Shown: positions 16,228-29,698 of the stretch, piece after piece
How positions within the stretch are numbered: the first letter of the stretch is position 1
Layout: every line of letters starts with the position of its first letter
Origin: Eledone cirrhosa
Lineage: Eukaryota
Reading direction: 5' to 3'
NCBI GenBank assembly: GCA_964016885.1
Contig: OZ024753.1
Coordinates: 39,308,001 to 39,372,000 of the forward strand
DNA: 64,000 nucleotides
The notes under the pieces: model-generated
Told to the model about the DNA's origin: nothing
The model's input: only the letters and a program-made list of their open reading frames with translations
Databases searched by the model: none
Program-made: the position numbers and the translations under genes

Positions 16228-16509
16228 AATACTGTTACTAAACAACAATAATTACTATTACAAAGTCATCGTGATAATAGATGGTATAAATTGTTGTTGT
16301 CATTGTTGTAGTTGTTGTTCTGGGACGAAGGAGCTGACATGTGACCAAACATGGCTAAATACTTTCCTTTTTTAGGAAACATGTATCTAGGCCTACATTA
16401 TCCAATGTGTCTTTTCTTTGTAAGATAACAGAATGGATGTGATTGGAAGGACATTAAGATATTATGCGTAGTAGATCGAACTACTATCACATAAACCTTT
16501 CCCTTCATT

Positions 16510-17465
16510 GAACACCACTTATCCTCACCACCACCACCACTACCACCATCACCACATCTACCACCACCTCCACCACTACCACCATCACCACATATGCCAG
16601 CACCACCACCACCACCACTACCACCACTACCACCATCACCACATCTATCACCACCATCACCACATCTACCACCACCTCCACCACTACTACCATCACCACA
16701 TATGCCACCACCAACACCACTACCACCATCACCACATCTATCACCACCATCACCACCACCTCCACCACTACCACCATCACCACATATGCCACCACCACCA
16801 CCACCACCACCATTAACACACGTATCACCACCATCACCAACACCCCTATCACCCTCGTCACCAACCCCACTGCCACCATCCCCACAACCACCACCACTAC
16901 CACCACTTCCACTCCCATCTCCACCACTATCACCAATACCACCACCACAGCATCACTAAGACCAGCCCACCACCACTGCTACCATTACCACAACCACCTC
17001 CACTACCACCACTCCACCCTCACCAATTCACACCCACACCACTCCCACCATCGCCACAACCGTCACCACAACCACCACCACTACCATCAGCTCACCCTCA
17101 CCACTACCACCCTCATCACCAGCACCACCACCACAACAGCACCACTAAGACCAGTCCACCACCACCACCACCACAACAGCACCACTAACACCAGTCCACC
17201 ACCACCACCACCACAACAGCACCACTAAGACCAGTCCACCACCACCACCACCACAACAGCACCACTAAGACCAGTCCACCACCACCACCACCACCACAAC
17301 AGCACCACTAAGACCAGTCCACCACCACCACCACCACCACAACAGCACCACTAACACCAGTCCACCACCACCACCACCACAACAGCACCACTAAGACCAG
17401 TCCACCACCACCACCACCACAACAGCACCACTAAGACCAGTCCACCACCACCACCACCACCACTA
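16510..17465. repeat. CCA-rich compound minisatellite; ~36-42 bp unit ACAACAGCACCACTAAGACCAGT(CCA)n at 17125-17460
   Basis: Tandem units are directly visible. Confidence 0.9.
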
Positions 17466-18400
17466 TCAACATCACCACCAACATCAATTCAATGCTACCA
17501 TCAGTTGTAGTACTCGTGTCTTAGTAATAGTGAATGTAGTGGCTGTGGCGGTGGTGGTTTTAATTGGTGATGGTGGTGTCGGAGAGCCTTATACAATGTC
17601 TTTCTTTCTTCTTTTCTTTCACACATTCATTCTTTCTTTTTTTTTCTTTCTTTCTTTCACTCATTCTTTCTCCCCACCCCCTCTCTCTTTCTATCTCTCT
17701 CTCTCTCTCCCTCTCCCTCTTTCTCTCTGATACAATCTGTTGCAAGGAACACGAAATTATCCTCCAAAATGATATTTCTATTTAAGATAATGGCGTCACA
17801 CGTAAGGTAGTTAGCCATATGTTATATTTACACCAATCTCTCTGCTAGCTTTGATGGCGTAATTAGGTGAATTTTTAGCTTTTCTTTTTTGTTAGGTTTT
17901 ACAGCAAATTACACTAGAGACGAGGGATTAAATCCATGGTTTAGGTATTTTCTCATTTCCTGATTAGCAATTTATCTTGACGAAATTTCTATCGGTTAGC
18001 TATCAGCTGGAGCTGCAGAGGGAGGGAGTAAGAGACGGAAAGAGAGATGCCCTGCATTCTTCAAGTTAGTTCAGTTGAAAAATGTCAAAATGACAAATTG
18101 ATAGTAATGCCCGAACTACTCTTATCTGTTTGTCGGTGCAGTATTAGGACTCAGAGGGATTTCAGAGTTGAGTTGAGTTGAGTTGAGGTGTAGGGGTGTG
18201 TAGAGTTTGGTGTTTAGCGTTTGCTGAGAGAAAGAGCGAAAGAGAGAGGGGGAGATAGAGAGAAGGGGGGAATGGGAGAGCGCAAGTCAGAAAGCAAGCG
18301 AGAGAGTAAGGGAGAGTGAGAGAGAGAGAGAGAAGGAAGGAGAGAGCAAGAAAACAAAAGTGTGACTGAACAAGGGAGAGAGATAGAGAGAGAGAGTGAG

Positions 18401-18435
<35 letters not shown>

Positions 18436-18574
18436 GACAGCGCAAGTCAGAAAGCAAGCGATAGAGCAAGAAGGAAAGCGAGAGAGAGAGAGAGCAAGAA
18501 GGAAAGCGAGAGAGAGAGAGAGAGAGAGGGGGGGACAGCGCAAGTCAGAAAGCAAGCGATAGAGCAAGAAGGAA

Positions 18575-18627
<53 letters not shown>

Positions 18628-18726
18628 AGGAGAACGAGCGATAGCAAAAGAAAGAGCGAAAGATGGAGAAAGAGAGAGAGAGCAAGCGGAAGAGTGATAG
18701 CTAGAGAGAGTATGTATGTATGTCTT

Positions 18727-18811
<85 letters not shown>

Positions 18812-19098
18812 GTGTCTGTGTGTGTGTCTGTATGTGTGTGGTACAAGCCTGGCTCTTTAAATTACAGCTACAATCCACATGATAGGCTTCTATATAGTTT
18901 ACGTCGACACAATTTCATTCACAAGATTTAGGTCCCCAAAATTTCCGTCTACAAAATTTCACTCACCAAAATACCACACAGTAATGCACATTTCATAGGC
19001 AGATTACGTAACGCATCGCAACACGTGTAATACTTCCATTATTCAATATGAAAAATAATTGAATAACAATAAATGTTCCTTATTTTTCTATTAACATG

Positions 19099-19135
<37 letters not shown>

Positions 19136-19166
19136 AGTGTAATTTTCTACACAAAGCGAAGGTTAT

Positions 19167-19568
19167 AGAGAAAATTGAGGTTGGTAATGGCACATGGAAT
19201 ATATAAGAGACAGAATACTTTTTTGTGAAAAAACATAATTTTATAAGGTAAGGAAATAATAAAGGGTATAAAAAATGACCGGTTTCGATGGGTCTGCAAA
19301 AGCCATCTTTTCAAATGTTGATTAATATTAAGAAATCCCACAATGAATTTTATACTTGAATTTTCAAGTCTCAAATTTTAACTCTTCGTATTATTAATTT
19401 TTCTTAATATTAATCAACATTTGAAAAGATGGCTTTTGCAGACCCATCGAAACCGGTCATTTTTTATACCCTTTATTATTTCCTTACCTTATAAAATTAT
19501 GTTTTTTCACAAAAAAGTATTCTGTCTCTTATATATTCCATGTGCCATTACCAACCTCAATTTTCTCT
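19167..19568. mobile_element. Inverted repeat (169-bp arms, 64-bp spacer), Penelope pLTR-like, with a hammerhead motif in each arm
   Basis: 19167-19335 is the reverse complement of 19400-19568. The element is flanked by (TA)n. Confidence 0.8.
19415..19465 (+). ncRNA. Minimal type I hammerhead ribozyme, U3-A8 core variant (mirror copy on - strand at 19270-19320)
   Basis: TTGAAAA, helix II GATGG/CCATC, GAAA, palindromic helix III ACCGGT, GTC triplet. Helix I has one mismatch. Confidence 0.6.
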
Positions 19569-19891
19569 CTCTCTATATATATATATAAGTTGAAATAAAA
19601 TTAAAACGAACTCGATATGCAAATTAGGCTTCTCAGCCGTTAATTTTCATGAGTAAAGTATATACTTTCGAACGTTCAACTATCTGGCAGAAGGGTATAC
19701 GGTGCTGATGATAGCTAACAAGCTTGAAACTAGTACATCGTTCCTGTGTCAGTGTTGAACAAAAGGGTGACGTGGTTGCCTTAACACCGTACGGCATAAA
19801 TTCAGGCTGTTCAGTTTGTTTACAAACGAACAAAGCGGCGTTATAATAAGCGTCCGCTAAACTTATACGTGCATATATGTATGTGTACCTG

Positions 19892-19943
<52 letters not shown>

Positions 19944-19993
19944 TGCTACTGTACGTCTGTATACATATATGTATGTACGTATACATACATACT

Positions 19994-20051
<58 letters not shown>

Positions 20052-20054
20052 TCC

Positions 20055-20282
20055 AAGGAGTGTAGGTTCACCCGGGTGAGCACTCGATGTTTAGGTTCAC
20101 TTCGGTGTCGAGGTGTAGGGCTAGACATTACCTTTACAAGGGGTCTAACAAGCCGCGGATTACAGAGTCGGGTCAGATCGATACAGATCGAACCTTGAAC
20201 TGATCGGCTGTGAAACGCGTCAGCAACAAATAAAATAAACGTAATGAAGGAGTAACCAATCGTCCTTGTTATTTTATTCCAC
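20055..20282 (+). mobile_element. (TA)n-flanked pLTR-like fragment with a hammerhead 3' half
   Basis: GAAACGCGTC at 20212-20221 (palindromic helix III plus GTC) is followed by AATAAA. No intact CTGANGA lies upstream. Confidence 0.4.
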
Positions 20283-20320
20283 TATATATAATATATATAT
20301 ATATATATACATACATACAT

Positions 20321-20917
20321 GGTGGCTGCCAACTCGTTTTCGAGTACGGCCACTACTTTATATCCATGTAGGAGAACCCCTACCGATGTGCTGAACGAGT
20401 GTGACTTTTTAGTGCAGCCAGCGACTTGAAAACTCTGGTACAAACACTACACTTGTGACAATTATTGACACATAGTGCTGGGCCCATGGTACCATGTGAT
20501 GACAAATGCAGAGAGATCTCCAGATATAAAGCAATGCCTGTGCCGTGAAGCTTTTATAGTGAGCAAAGGCACTGCACAAAGCCAGTCCCACTCTCTTAAC
20601 CAAGATGATATTTACCAAAAAGAAGAACAAGTCAACATCATTGGATACCATCAGAGTTGCAGGTGTTATATCAGAGTTTTCCTTCTCCTAGAATTCTGCC
20701 TTGACAAAGGCTAAGGGGTCATCTCTCCCGGTGATTTTGGATGGCCATTAACTCTGAAGAGCTCCTTTGCCCTTTGACAGGTTTTGTTTTTAGTCCTGTA
20801 GTCACCCTCCTCACCAAGAAACCTTGGTGGCGTTGCCAGTTTAGTCGCCAACGACCCGACCATGAGACAGGTTGTACTGGGCTACATGTTACCAGTAGCA
20901 CCAAGTGATGACCTGAC
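20321..20917 (-). mobile_element. Non-autonomous bipartite RTE-derived retroposon (~600 bp), full length
   Basis: One of 7 highly similar copies. It has an RTE-5'UTR-like segment (CTAGGAGAAGGAAAACTCTGA; GTCGTTGGCGACTAAAC), a C2H2-finger remnant, a 3' stem-loop and an (ATGT)n tail. Confidence 0.75.
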
Positions 20918-20946
20918 CTACATACATACATACATACATACATACA

Positions 20947-20977
<31 letters not shown>

Positions 20978-20993
20978 GAAAACAAAATTAACG

Positions 20994-21520
20994 GAAAACA
21001 AAATTAACAACAAACGAGGAAGAATATATTGAGACAGATGGCACTAAGGAATACTGGTGGAACCTGAAAATAAAAACTGCCACCAGATTAAAGCACAACC
21101 GGCCTGATATTGTAGTTTGGGACCACACATTGAAAACGTGTTCTGTTGTGGAGATCAGCTGCCCACTTGATGTAAACGTTGTCAGAAAAATACAGGAGAA
21201 GGAGGACATCTACAGACCATTGATGAGGAGTTTACAAATCCAGTATCCAAGATACACCTTTAGCTTCATACCCATCATTATTGGTGCTACGGGTTATATA
21301 CCAACCCGCTTGGACCAAAGTATGACTGAACTTGGATTTGCGGACAAAAAGCGCAGCTCCCTAATTCATAGTCTACAAATGGCTGCGATAGCTGGCACCT
21401 TCAAAATTTGCAAAACATTCTTGCGATTCAAGGGATGACAATTTCTTTTCTTTTACAACCTTGCCACCAGGAAGGTGGCCGGTCAAAAAAATATACTCAA
21501 AATTAAGAGAAAGAGAAAAC
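20994..21520 (+). mobile_element. 5'-truncated RLE-type non-LTR retrotransposon (R4/Dong-like); endonuclease domain plus 3'UTR, inserted in (CATA)n
   Basis: Open frame 20992-21438 reads EYWWNLKIKTATRLKHNRPDIVVWD..CSVVEISCPLD..KIQEKEDIY..IPIIIGATG..KICKTFL, a PD-(D/E)xK-type restriction-like endonuclease. (CATA)n lies on both sides. Confidence 0.88.
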
Positions 21521-21537
21521 ATACATACATACATACA

Positions 21538-21568
<31 letters not shown>

Positions 21569-21731
21569 TAGACCGTAACATAACACAATGTACTCCATTC
21601 ATAATGATATACTGTACAAAGGATGCGTATATTTATCGAAAACAATGTCTCGTATAAGAGTAAACTTGTCAGAGTCATTCTTTTAGATATATGTCTATGT
21701 GCGTACCTATGTAGCCGTATATATGTATGTG

Positions 21732-21817
<86 letters not shown>

Positions 21818-21819
21818 TC

Positions 21820-21853
<34 letters not shown>

Positions 21854-22274
21854 ATATGTATGTGGATATACACACACAGTGGGAGAGAGAGTGTAGATAA
21901 ATGGATATTGATAATCCTTATCTTAATTACAGATAATAATGATTTCCATAATTATCACATGTTATTATAACAATATAAATAATAAATACATTAATTACAG
22001 ACTGTAAATATTATCTTCAGTGAAATCACCAAGAAAATATTTTAAGAAAATCACCAAAATTACCAATTATATCTTTAAAATAGCAATAATCTTTTATCAT
22101 ATTTATGTTATATTGTAATTTGAAAACGGCTTCCGCACGGCCGGATGGTTAGAAGGTTAATTCGCAACCATGAGGTTCAGGGCTCGTCCTCACTGCATAG
22201 TATCTTGAGCAGGCGTTAGTTACTACGATGCTCTGAGGATTTTGCCAATCGGCCACATTATATATACGTACATG

Positions 22275-22686
22275 TAATGGTAGTATCTGTAGAGGGTCTA
22301 ATGTCATGCTTTGCAGCATAGAGTTACGGTCCTTTACGGTGTGAGTTCAAATCCTGCCGAGGTTAACTTTGCCTTTCATCCTTACGGGAGTCAATAAAAT
22401 AAAGCACCAGTAATACACTGGGATAATTGCTGGCCTTGTGTCAAAGGTAGAAACAATTATATATACATGCATGTATTGGCAGTATTGATGCAGTCGGACA
22501 ACGTGCTTTCCAACATCGAGTTACGGTCCTTTACGGTCTGAGTTCAAATCTCGCCGAGGTTAACTTTGCCTTTCATCCTCACGGGGGTCAATAAAATAAA
22601 GTAGCAGTCACTCACTGGGGTCAATTTAATCGACTTCTCCCTCCCCCCAAATTTGCTGGCCTTGTGCCTATATAAGAAACCATTAT
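22275..22686 (+). mobile_element. Two tandem SINE family A copies
   Basis: B-box GAGTTCAAATC plus the family core occurs twice. Confidence 0.8.
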
Positions 22687-23157
22687 ATATGAGAAAAATG
22701 AAAAGCTAGTTTTCTAGAAAGAAAACCATGAACAGTTAACAAACTGATGCTCTTCCGTCCGAATCACATCATCACATACCTTACATATAGATAGGCATAG
22801 TATTTGTCGCTTCATTAGGCATCCTTTCATCCGTGCAGTTGATTCTCTGGAGTAACATCGCTGCACTTATCAAACCGTTGTTCATGCAACGAGATAGTAA
22901 ATTGCATCTTTTCACTCACTAATTATAGTAAACAAGCACCATCTATTTCACTGAATGCATTTGCTGACACGGAAGACATTAATTCTCTCACTCACTTTCT
23001 CATCCCCACTCTCTCTCTAATTCTCTATCTTTCTTCCCCCCCCCCTCTCTCTCTCTCTCTCGATCTCTAACTCTCTAACCCTCTATCTCTCTCACCTTCT
23101 CTTTCTCTTCCACTCTTCCTATCTTTCTCCCTTTCTCTCGTTCTCTAGCTCTCTAAG

Positions 23158-23219
<62 letters not shown>

Positions 23220-23349
23220 CTCTCTTTCTCTCCCACTCTCGCTCACCTCTCTTTCTCTCCCACTCTCATTTTCACTCTGTTTCGATGTTGTCTTACCAAA
23301 ATACTCAATTCCTTTTACCATCATCATTATTATTATTATTATTATTATT

Positions 23350-23385
<36 letters not shown>

Positions 23386-23667
23386 GCACGGAAGATATTC
23401 AACAACAAAAGTGAACAAAGATAACGTCTATACCACATGCACAGAAATATTAATAACGATGCTGGTGATGATGAAGATGATGATGATGATAATAAGCGGA
23501 GGGGGTACGAGGAGTAGGGGGAGAAGGAGTAGGAAGTACATAAATAAATAAATAAATAAATAAATGGATAAATGAGAGTAATATCTGAAAACTTCCGAAA
23601 ACATGTTTGAATTTTTAGCGCTTCATTTCATAATGGTGTGTGTATATACACACACATTCTCTCACAC

Positions 23668-23736
<69 letters not shown>

Positions 23737-23772
23737 GAGAGAGAGAGAGAGTGAGCGAGAGAAAAAGACCTG

Positions 23773-23846
<74 letters not shown>

Positions 23847-23876
23847 TACACATATATATATTGCTTATGTTAATAT

Positions 23877-23923
<47 letters not shown>

Positions 23924-24017
23924 ATATTGTATATATATATATATATATATTGTTATACTTGGGGAGGGTCATATTTGTGTAATATTGCCAGAATTAATAA
24001 CAGAACACACATTAATA

Positions 24018-24072
24018 GTCCAGAACTAGCCGTCGAAACGGCTTGAGCTCAGCCGTCGGGGTCCTACTCGTT

Positions 24073-24077
<5 letters not shown>
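24018..24077 (+). mobile_element. GC-rich repeat carrying a hammerhead 3' half (family also at 8235-8300, 46385-46500, 46823-46880, 52871-52974, 57707-57750)
   Basis: GAAA-CGGCT-TGAGCTC-AGCCG-TC-GGGGTC forms helix III plus a GTC triplet. It abuts (TA)n. Confidence 0.55.
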
Positions 24078-24125
<48 letters not shown>

Positions 24126-24316
24126 CTTATGTTAATATCGTGCTCTGTGTTAAGCAATTTAAAACGAAAAGAGTTATCGTCTCTGAGAAACACTGCTTTG
24201 AGTGAAACTTTGCTTGCATTGGTTCAAAATATCTCTGCGATTCAATATGTCTTCATCTTAGACTTTAATTATGATATCTGAGTGGTTCAGTATCTTTCGT
24301 ATCATCAAAACATTTC

Positions 24317-24925
24317 TAACAGACATTAAAGAACCAGTAATGCACTGGGGTGGATTTGAACGACTTTCTTCTCCCCTAAAAAATGCTGACCTAATGTCTA
24401 AATAAGAAATCATTATCTTAGACATGTTATTGTACACCTTATTGTGTACTATAACCATATATTTTCAGGTTTGGGAATCATACACATTATATATAACGTT
24501 GTCCAAGGGAATAGCTGAAACAGCTTGGCACCAATGACATCATAGATCATCATTTAATGTCTACTTTCCCTGCTAGCAAGGGTGGGACAGATCTTTACAA
24601 ACCAGGGTGCAGTGGGAGACCACATCTCTCTTACATATGGTCCCACATTCTACTGAGTGTATTTTATTGTGGCACCAGTACTAAAGAGGTTGTCATGTCT
24701 TTGACAGAACTGAAGGGTCCTACCAAACCCTTGTTTGGCAAGAGAAGAAAATTGTTAACAGACATTAAAGAACCAGCAATGCACTGGGGTGGATTTGAAC
24801 GACTTTCTTCTCCCCTAAAAAATGCTGACCTAATGTCTAAATCAGAAATCATTATCTTAGACATGTTATTGTAATGTACACCTTATTGTGTACTATAACC
24901 ATATATTTTCAGGTTTGGGAATCAT
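24317..24925 (+). repeat. Local direct duplication (~165 bp; 24317-24481 and 24756-24925) containing a SINE-A tail
   Basis: The two blocks are near-identical by direct comparison. Confidence 0.9.
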
Positions 24926-25512
24926 TTGCATCAAATACCTGTACCCAGTCACGTCCATGTATATATATTTTCGAGTAAGAGGAAGCCGGTATATGTGATG
25001 AATTATTTCACAGTGTGTAGTCTTCAAATGACACTACACTCTTGATTTATTATTTAATTTTGATTTGGGGAGATATTGTTTTTAAACTGCAATCTACCAT
25101 TTCTTCCTCTAAGTTAAGTATATCAGCTTTCGGAGGTCTAGATAAGTGTTAAGGTTATTCAGTTTTCATTTGAACATTGTGAACACTGGCAAACTTTTCT
25201 TTCGTTATTTAAAGATGTGTTTGAATTTTCCTTCTAAAATGTATTGTTAAAATTGCGATGGTTTTAACCTCATCTAAAGATCTTTCTCAGCTTCAAGTTA
25301 GCACTATACCTGTTCCTTATATAGAGAGAAATCTTATATAGAGAGAATTCCTTCATTTCCAAGTTACATTCTACTGGGTTTCCTAAAACAATTTTAAAGT
25401 CTCATATCATAAAGCATTATATATATAGATAGATAGATATAAACATACACACATACACACGCACACACCCATACACACATGAACACATACATGTATATAT
25501 GTATGCATTTAC

Positions 25513-25543
<31 letters not shown>

Positions 25544-25544
25544 C

Positions 25545-25953
25545 CCGGGAGAGATGACCCCTTAGCCTTTGTCAAGGCAGAATTCTAGGAGAAGGAAAAC
25601 TCTGATATAACACCTGCAACTCTGATAGTATCCAATGATGTTGACATGTTCTTCTTTTTGGTAAATATCATCTTGGTTAAGAGAGTGGGACTGGCTTTGT
25701 GCAGTGCCTTTGCTCACTATAAAAGCTTCACGGCACAGGCATTGCTTTATATCTGGAGATCTCTTTGCACTTGTCGTCACATGGTACCATGGGCCCAGCA
25801 CTATGTGTCAATAATTGTCACAAGTGTAGTGTTTGTACCAGAGTTTTCAAGTCGCTGGCTGGACTAAAAAGTCACACTCGTTCAGCGCATCGGTAGGAGT
25901 TCTCCTACATGGATATAAAGTAGTGGCCGTACTCGAAAACGAGTTGGCAGCCA

Positions 25954-25955
<2 letters not shown>
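25545..25955 (+). mobile_element. Bipartite RTE-derived retroposon, 5'-truncated
   Basis: Matches the 20321 family. 25825-25896 translates to CSVCTRVFKSLAGLKSHTRSAHR* (C2H2 finger). Confidence 0.8.
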
Positions 25956-25999
<44 letters not shown>

Positions 26000-26500
26000 G
26001 AAAGTATCAGAAAATAAAACGAAATAATATATAAAAATTAAAAAAAAATCGGATAATCATAGACTATAGACTAGAGATAGTAATAATGGAGGCTATAGCT
26101 TTAAAGAGAATTCACCATCGAATCGAGATAACGAGATAATATATACCAAAAATAGAAAACAGAACTTGAGAGAAAGGATTGGAAATAATAAAGTCACTTC
26201 ATCTTTCACTTCTTCGTTCTTACCTTAAATTGAATTTAGCTTTGTAAACAAAATGAAAAATGAAAAAAGTTTTAAAAAATTAAAAATCGAAAATATAAAA
26301 AGTAATTCCACAAAAACAGATCAGAAACTGAAAGAAAAAAAATAAGAAGATGAGACACTATCAAAGAAACTATAAAATAGGATGAGTACATCGTGTGTCT
26401 TAAATGTAATTGTGTAAAAGAATTTATTGGCGTCTTAGAATAAAGACAGAAGTCTCTCCGCCGTTTCTAACGTAATGACATGCTTCGTTTCTTAACTTAC

Positions 26501-26527
26501 AGAGCAGCCATTTAAACTTACCGTCGA
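26501..26527 (-). CDS. Candidate microexon (6 nt 26522-26527, or 27 nt 26501-26527) of an unidentified minus-strand gene
   Basis: Minus strand reads long pyrimidine tract ...TTTTTCCTTTACTTTTACAG|TCGACG|GTAAGT. A second GTAAGT lies 21 nt further on, with GCATG just downstream. Confidence 0.4.
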
Positions 26528-26731
26528 CTGTAAAAGTAAAGGAAAAACTCAGACTAAACGACGTTGAAAACGCTACTAAGAAAAATAGGAAAAAATAGAA
26601 AAAGAATTGAATATTTACTTCAAATATCTTCAAAGTTGTTAGGCTCTTTATATATATATATGTGTGTGTGTGTATGTGTGTATATATATATATATACATA
26701 CATATATATATATATGTATATGTGTGCATGT

Positions 26732-26912
<181 letters not shown>

Positions 26913-26961
26913 AACATACATGCATATATACAATCATACGTACATATATGTATATATGTAT

Positions 26962-27029
<68 letters not shown>

Positions 27030-27081
27030 ATATATATGTATATATATATGTGTGTGTAAATATATAATAATCATATATATA

Positions 27082-27140
<59 letters not shown>

Positions 27141-27590
27141 TACACATATACATATATTCATAAGATTCGAAATGATGTTTGTGCATACGTATAAGCACTG
27201 ACTACATCTACATGCATAGATTTCAGGGTAATCATAACTTTATACATATGTTACTAGAAAGAAAACAACGATGTATCAAGCCTCGTTGCTGTATAAAAAT
27301 ACAATTGTATTTTTATGATAGCATACGCATATTTGTTTTTGTTGTGTGTGTGTGGGGGGGGGGGCGTGTGTGTGTGTGTGTGTGCGTGTACCTTTGTTGT
27401 ACCTTATTACTGGGTTTCGTTTTTTGGGGGGTGGGAGATGGGTGGAGATTCTGCTGTTGTATTCATTTGCTTGTATATATTTCTCTACGCTTCGATCCCA
27501 AATCACGTGACCCTTTAATGGTTTTCTATTTGTTTTTGTGTATTTTTGTTTGTTGAATATTTTTGTTTATTTATTAATACATTTAGCTAT

Positions 27591-27629
<39 letters not shown>

Positions 27630-28311
27630 TTATAAGGCGTTCCTCTCGAAACAGTCTCCCGATCCATCATTTCAGAAATAGTTGTTATCTGTGGCCGAGG
27701 ATTAAGACAGTCACCGGTCATGCTAAACACCAATAGTGGTGCGATCTTAAAGGCTAGTAGATGTTTAATTTTCTCTGACATATCTTTTATCATTGTCATT
27801 TTTCACAGAAAAATATCTATTTTGATCGCTACAATTGCATGCACACACAGAAAGAAAGAGAAACTCGATCAAAAATGGCCGCCTTTCATAAAGCCAGGCG
27901 AATAGCAACGTTCATGGCAGCGAGAAGAAGGGGGAGGAAAGCGTGTAATTTAGTTTCCTTTAATCGGCTTCTTAGAGCTGATAATGTGTCACGCAAACGT
28001 CATTCTCTCACTAACACTACACAACAACACGAAACTATTGTCACTGCTGCTATTACTTCAGTTGATCTATCTACATTATCGAAGTGTTTATTCCTCTGGC
28101 CATAGAGAGAACCCATCTTAATATCCTATTCACAACTATCATCATTACCATATGAGACTGTTGCTGCTGATTTTTTAGAGTAGCTCGTATTAGTGTTTGT
28201 CGTCTGCCTATAGTCTAGACAAAACAGACATACAGTCCCGTAAACACATTATACATACATATATGTATATCTGTCTGTATGACATGATTATTGTAATTTA
28301 TATATATATAT

Positions 28312-28906
28312 GGTGGCTGCCAACTCGTTTTCGAGTACGGCCACTACTTTATATCCATGTAGGAGAACCCCTACCGAAGCGCTGCATGAGTGTGACTTTT
28401 TAGTCCAGCCAGCGACTTGAAAACTCTGGTACAAACACTACACTTGTGACAATTATTGACACAGTGCTGGGCCCATGGTACCATGTGAGGACAAGTGCAG
28501 AGAGATCTCCAGATATAAAGCAATGCCTGTGCCGTGAAGCTTTTATAGTGAGCAAAGGCACTGCACAAAGCCAGTCCCACTCTCTTAACCAAGATGATAT
28601 TTACCAAAAAGAAGAACAAGTCAACATCATTGGATACCATCAAGGTTGCAGGTGTTATATCAGAGTTTTCCTTCTCCTAGAATTCTGCCTTGACAAAGGC
28701 TAAGGGGTCATCTCTCCCGGTGATTTTGGATGGCCATTGACTCTTAAGAGCTCCTTTGCCCTTTGACAGGTTTTGTTTTTAGTCCTGTAGTCACCCTCCT
28801 CACCAAGAAACCTTGGTGGCGTTGCCAGTTTAGTCGCCAACGACCCGACCATGAGACAGGTTGTACTGGGATACATGTTACCAGTAGCACCAACTGGTGA
28901 CCTGAC
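28312..28906 (-). mobile_element. Bipartite RTE-derived retroposon, full length
   Basis: Near-identical to 20321-20917. Confidence 0.8.
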
Positions 28907-28910
28907 ATCA

Positions 28911-29069
28911 CCAATTGCTAATACTATCTATCGGTCGCAACTCCAGGTAGAAGGAGCAACGTGAAATAAAGTGTCTTGCTCAAGGACATAACGCATCGCC
29001 TGGTCCAGGAATCGAACTCACAACCTTACGATTGCGAATACAATTCTCTAACCACTCAGCCACACGCCT
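28911..29069 (-). mobile_element. SINE family B (5' part)
   Basis: Near-identical to 15139-15297. Confidence 0.8.
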
Positions 29070-29398
29070 ATATATATATATACAAACATACATAAATGCA
29101 TACATATAAATGTCTGTGTGCACCCATGTAGGTGTATGCGCGTATGTGTGTGAGAATGAGAGAGAGAGAGAGACAGAGACATATATATAGAGAGAGATTG
29201 TGTGTGAGTGTGTGTGTGTGTATGTGTGAGTATGTTTGTGTGTGTATGTCTGTAAGTATGAATTTGACATTATATATACAAATATAGCCTGGCAAATATA
29301 TGTATAGGTTGTGAGTTAAATGAGTTAAATGAGAGTAAATGAGAGTAAATGCGTGCGTGTTTCTGTGTTTGTGTTTATGTGTATATATATATATATAC

Positions 29399-29447
<49 letters not shown>

Positions 29448-29519
29448 TGTGCAGCTACTATTTATCAAATAAAAGTTTTAAGTTTGAATATATATAGTTC
29501 TAAGTTCTAAGTTTATTTT

Positions 29520-29635
29520 TCGGTGGCACGAATGAAACAGTTCTAGTCCTGTAGAAGCTCTTCTATATTAAAACTGTTATACTCTGCTATGTATTGAGTA
29601 CCTTACTTACTGTGGTTACCTCCGATTCAACCCGC
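29520..29635 (+). mobile_element. pLTR-like fragment with a hammerhead 3' half; inverted relative of 46905-47030
   Basis: GAAACAG-TTCTAGTC-CTGTA-GAAGCT. The downstream sequence matches the reverse complement of 46905-46980. Confidence 0.55.
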
Positions 29636-29653
29636 AATAACTTATATATATAT

Positions 29654-29693
<40 letters not shown>

Positions 29694-29698
<5 letters not shown>

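Noticed and set aside
16594-16959. Extensin-like Pro-rich or His-rich ORFs
   Set aside because: The CCA minisatellite is open in several frames.
20475-20714. Recurrent 79-aa ORF (MLGPWYHV...)
   Set aside because: It is the antisense frame of the repeated retroposon; its recurrence reflects copy identity, not coding constraint.
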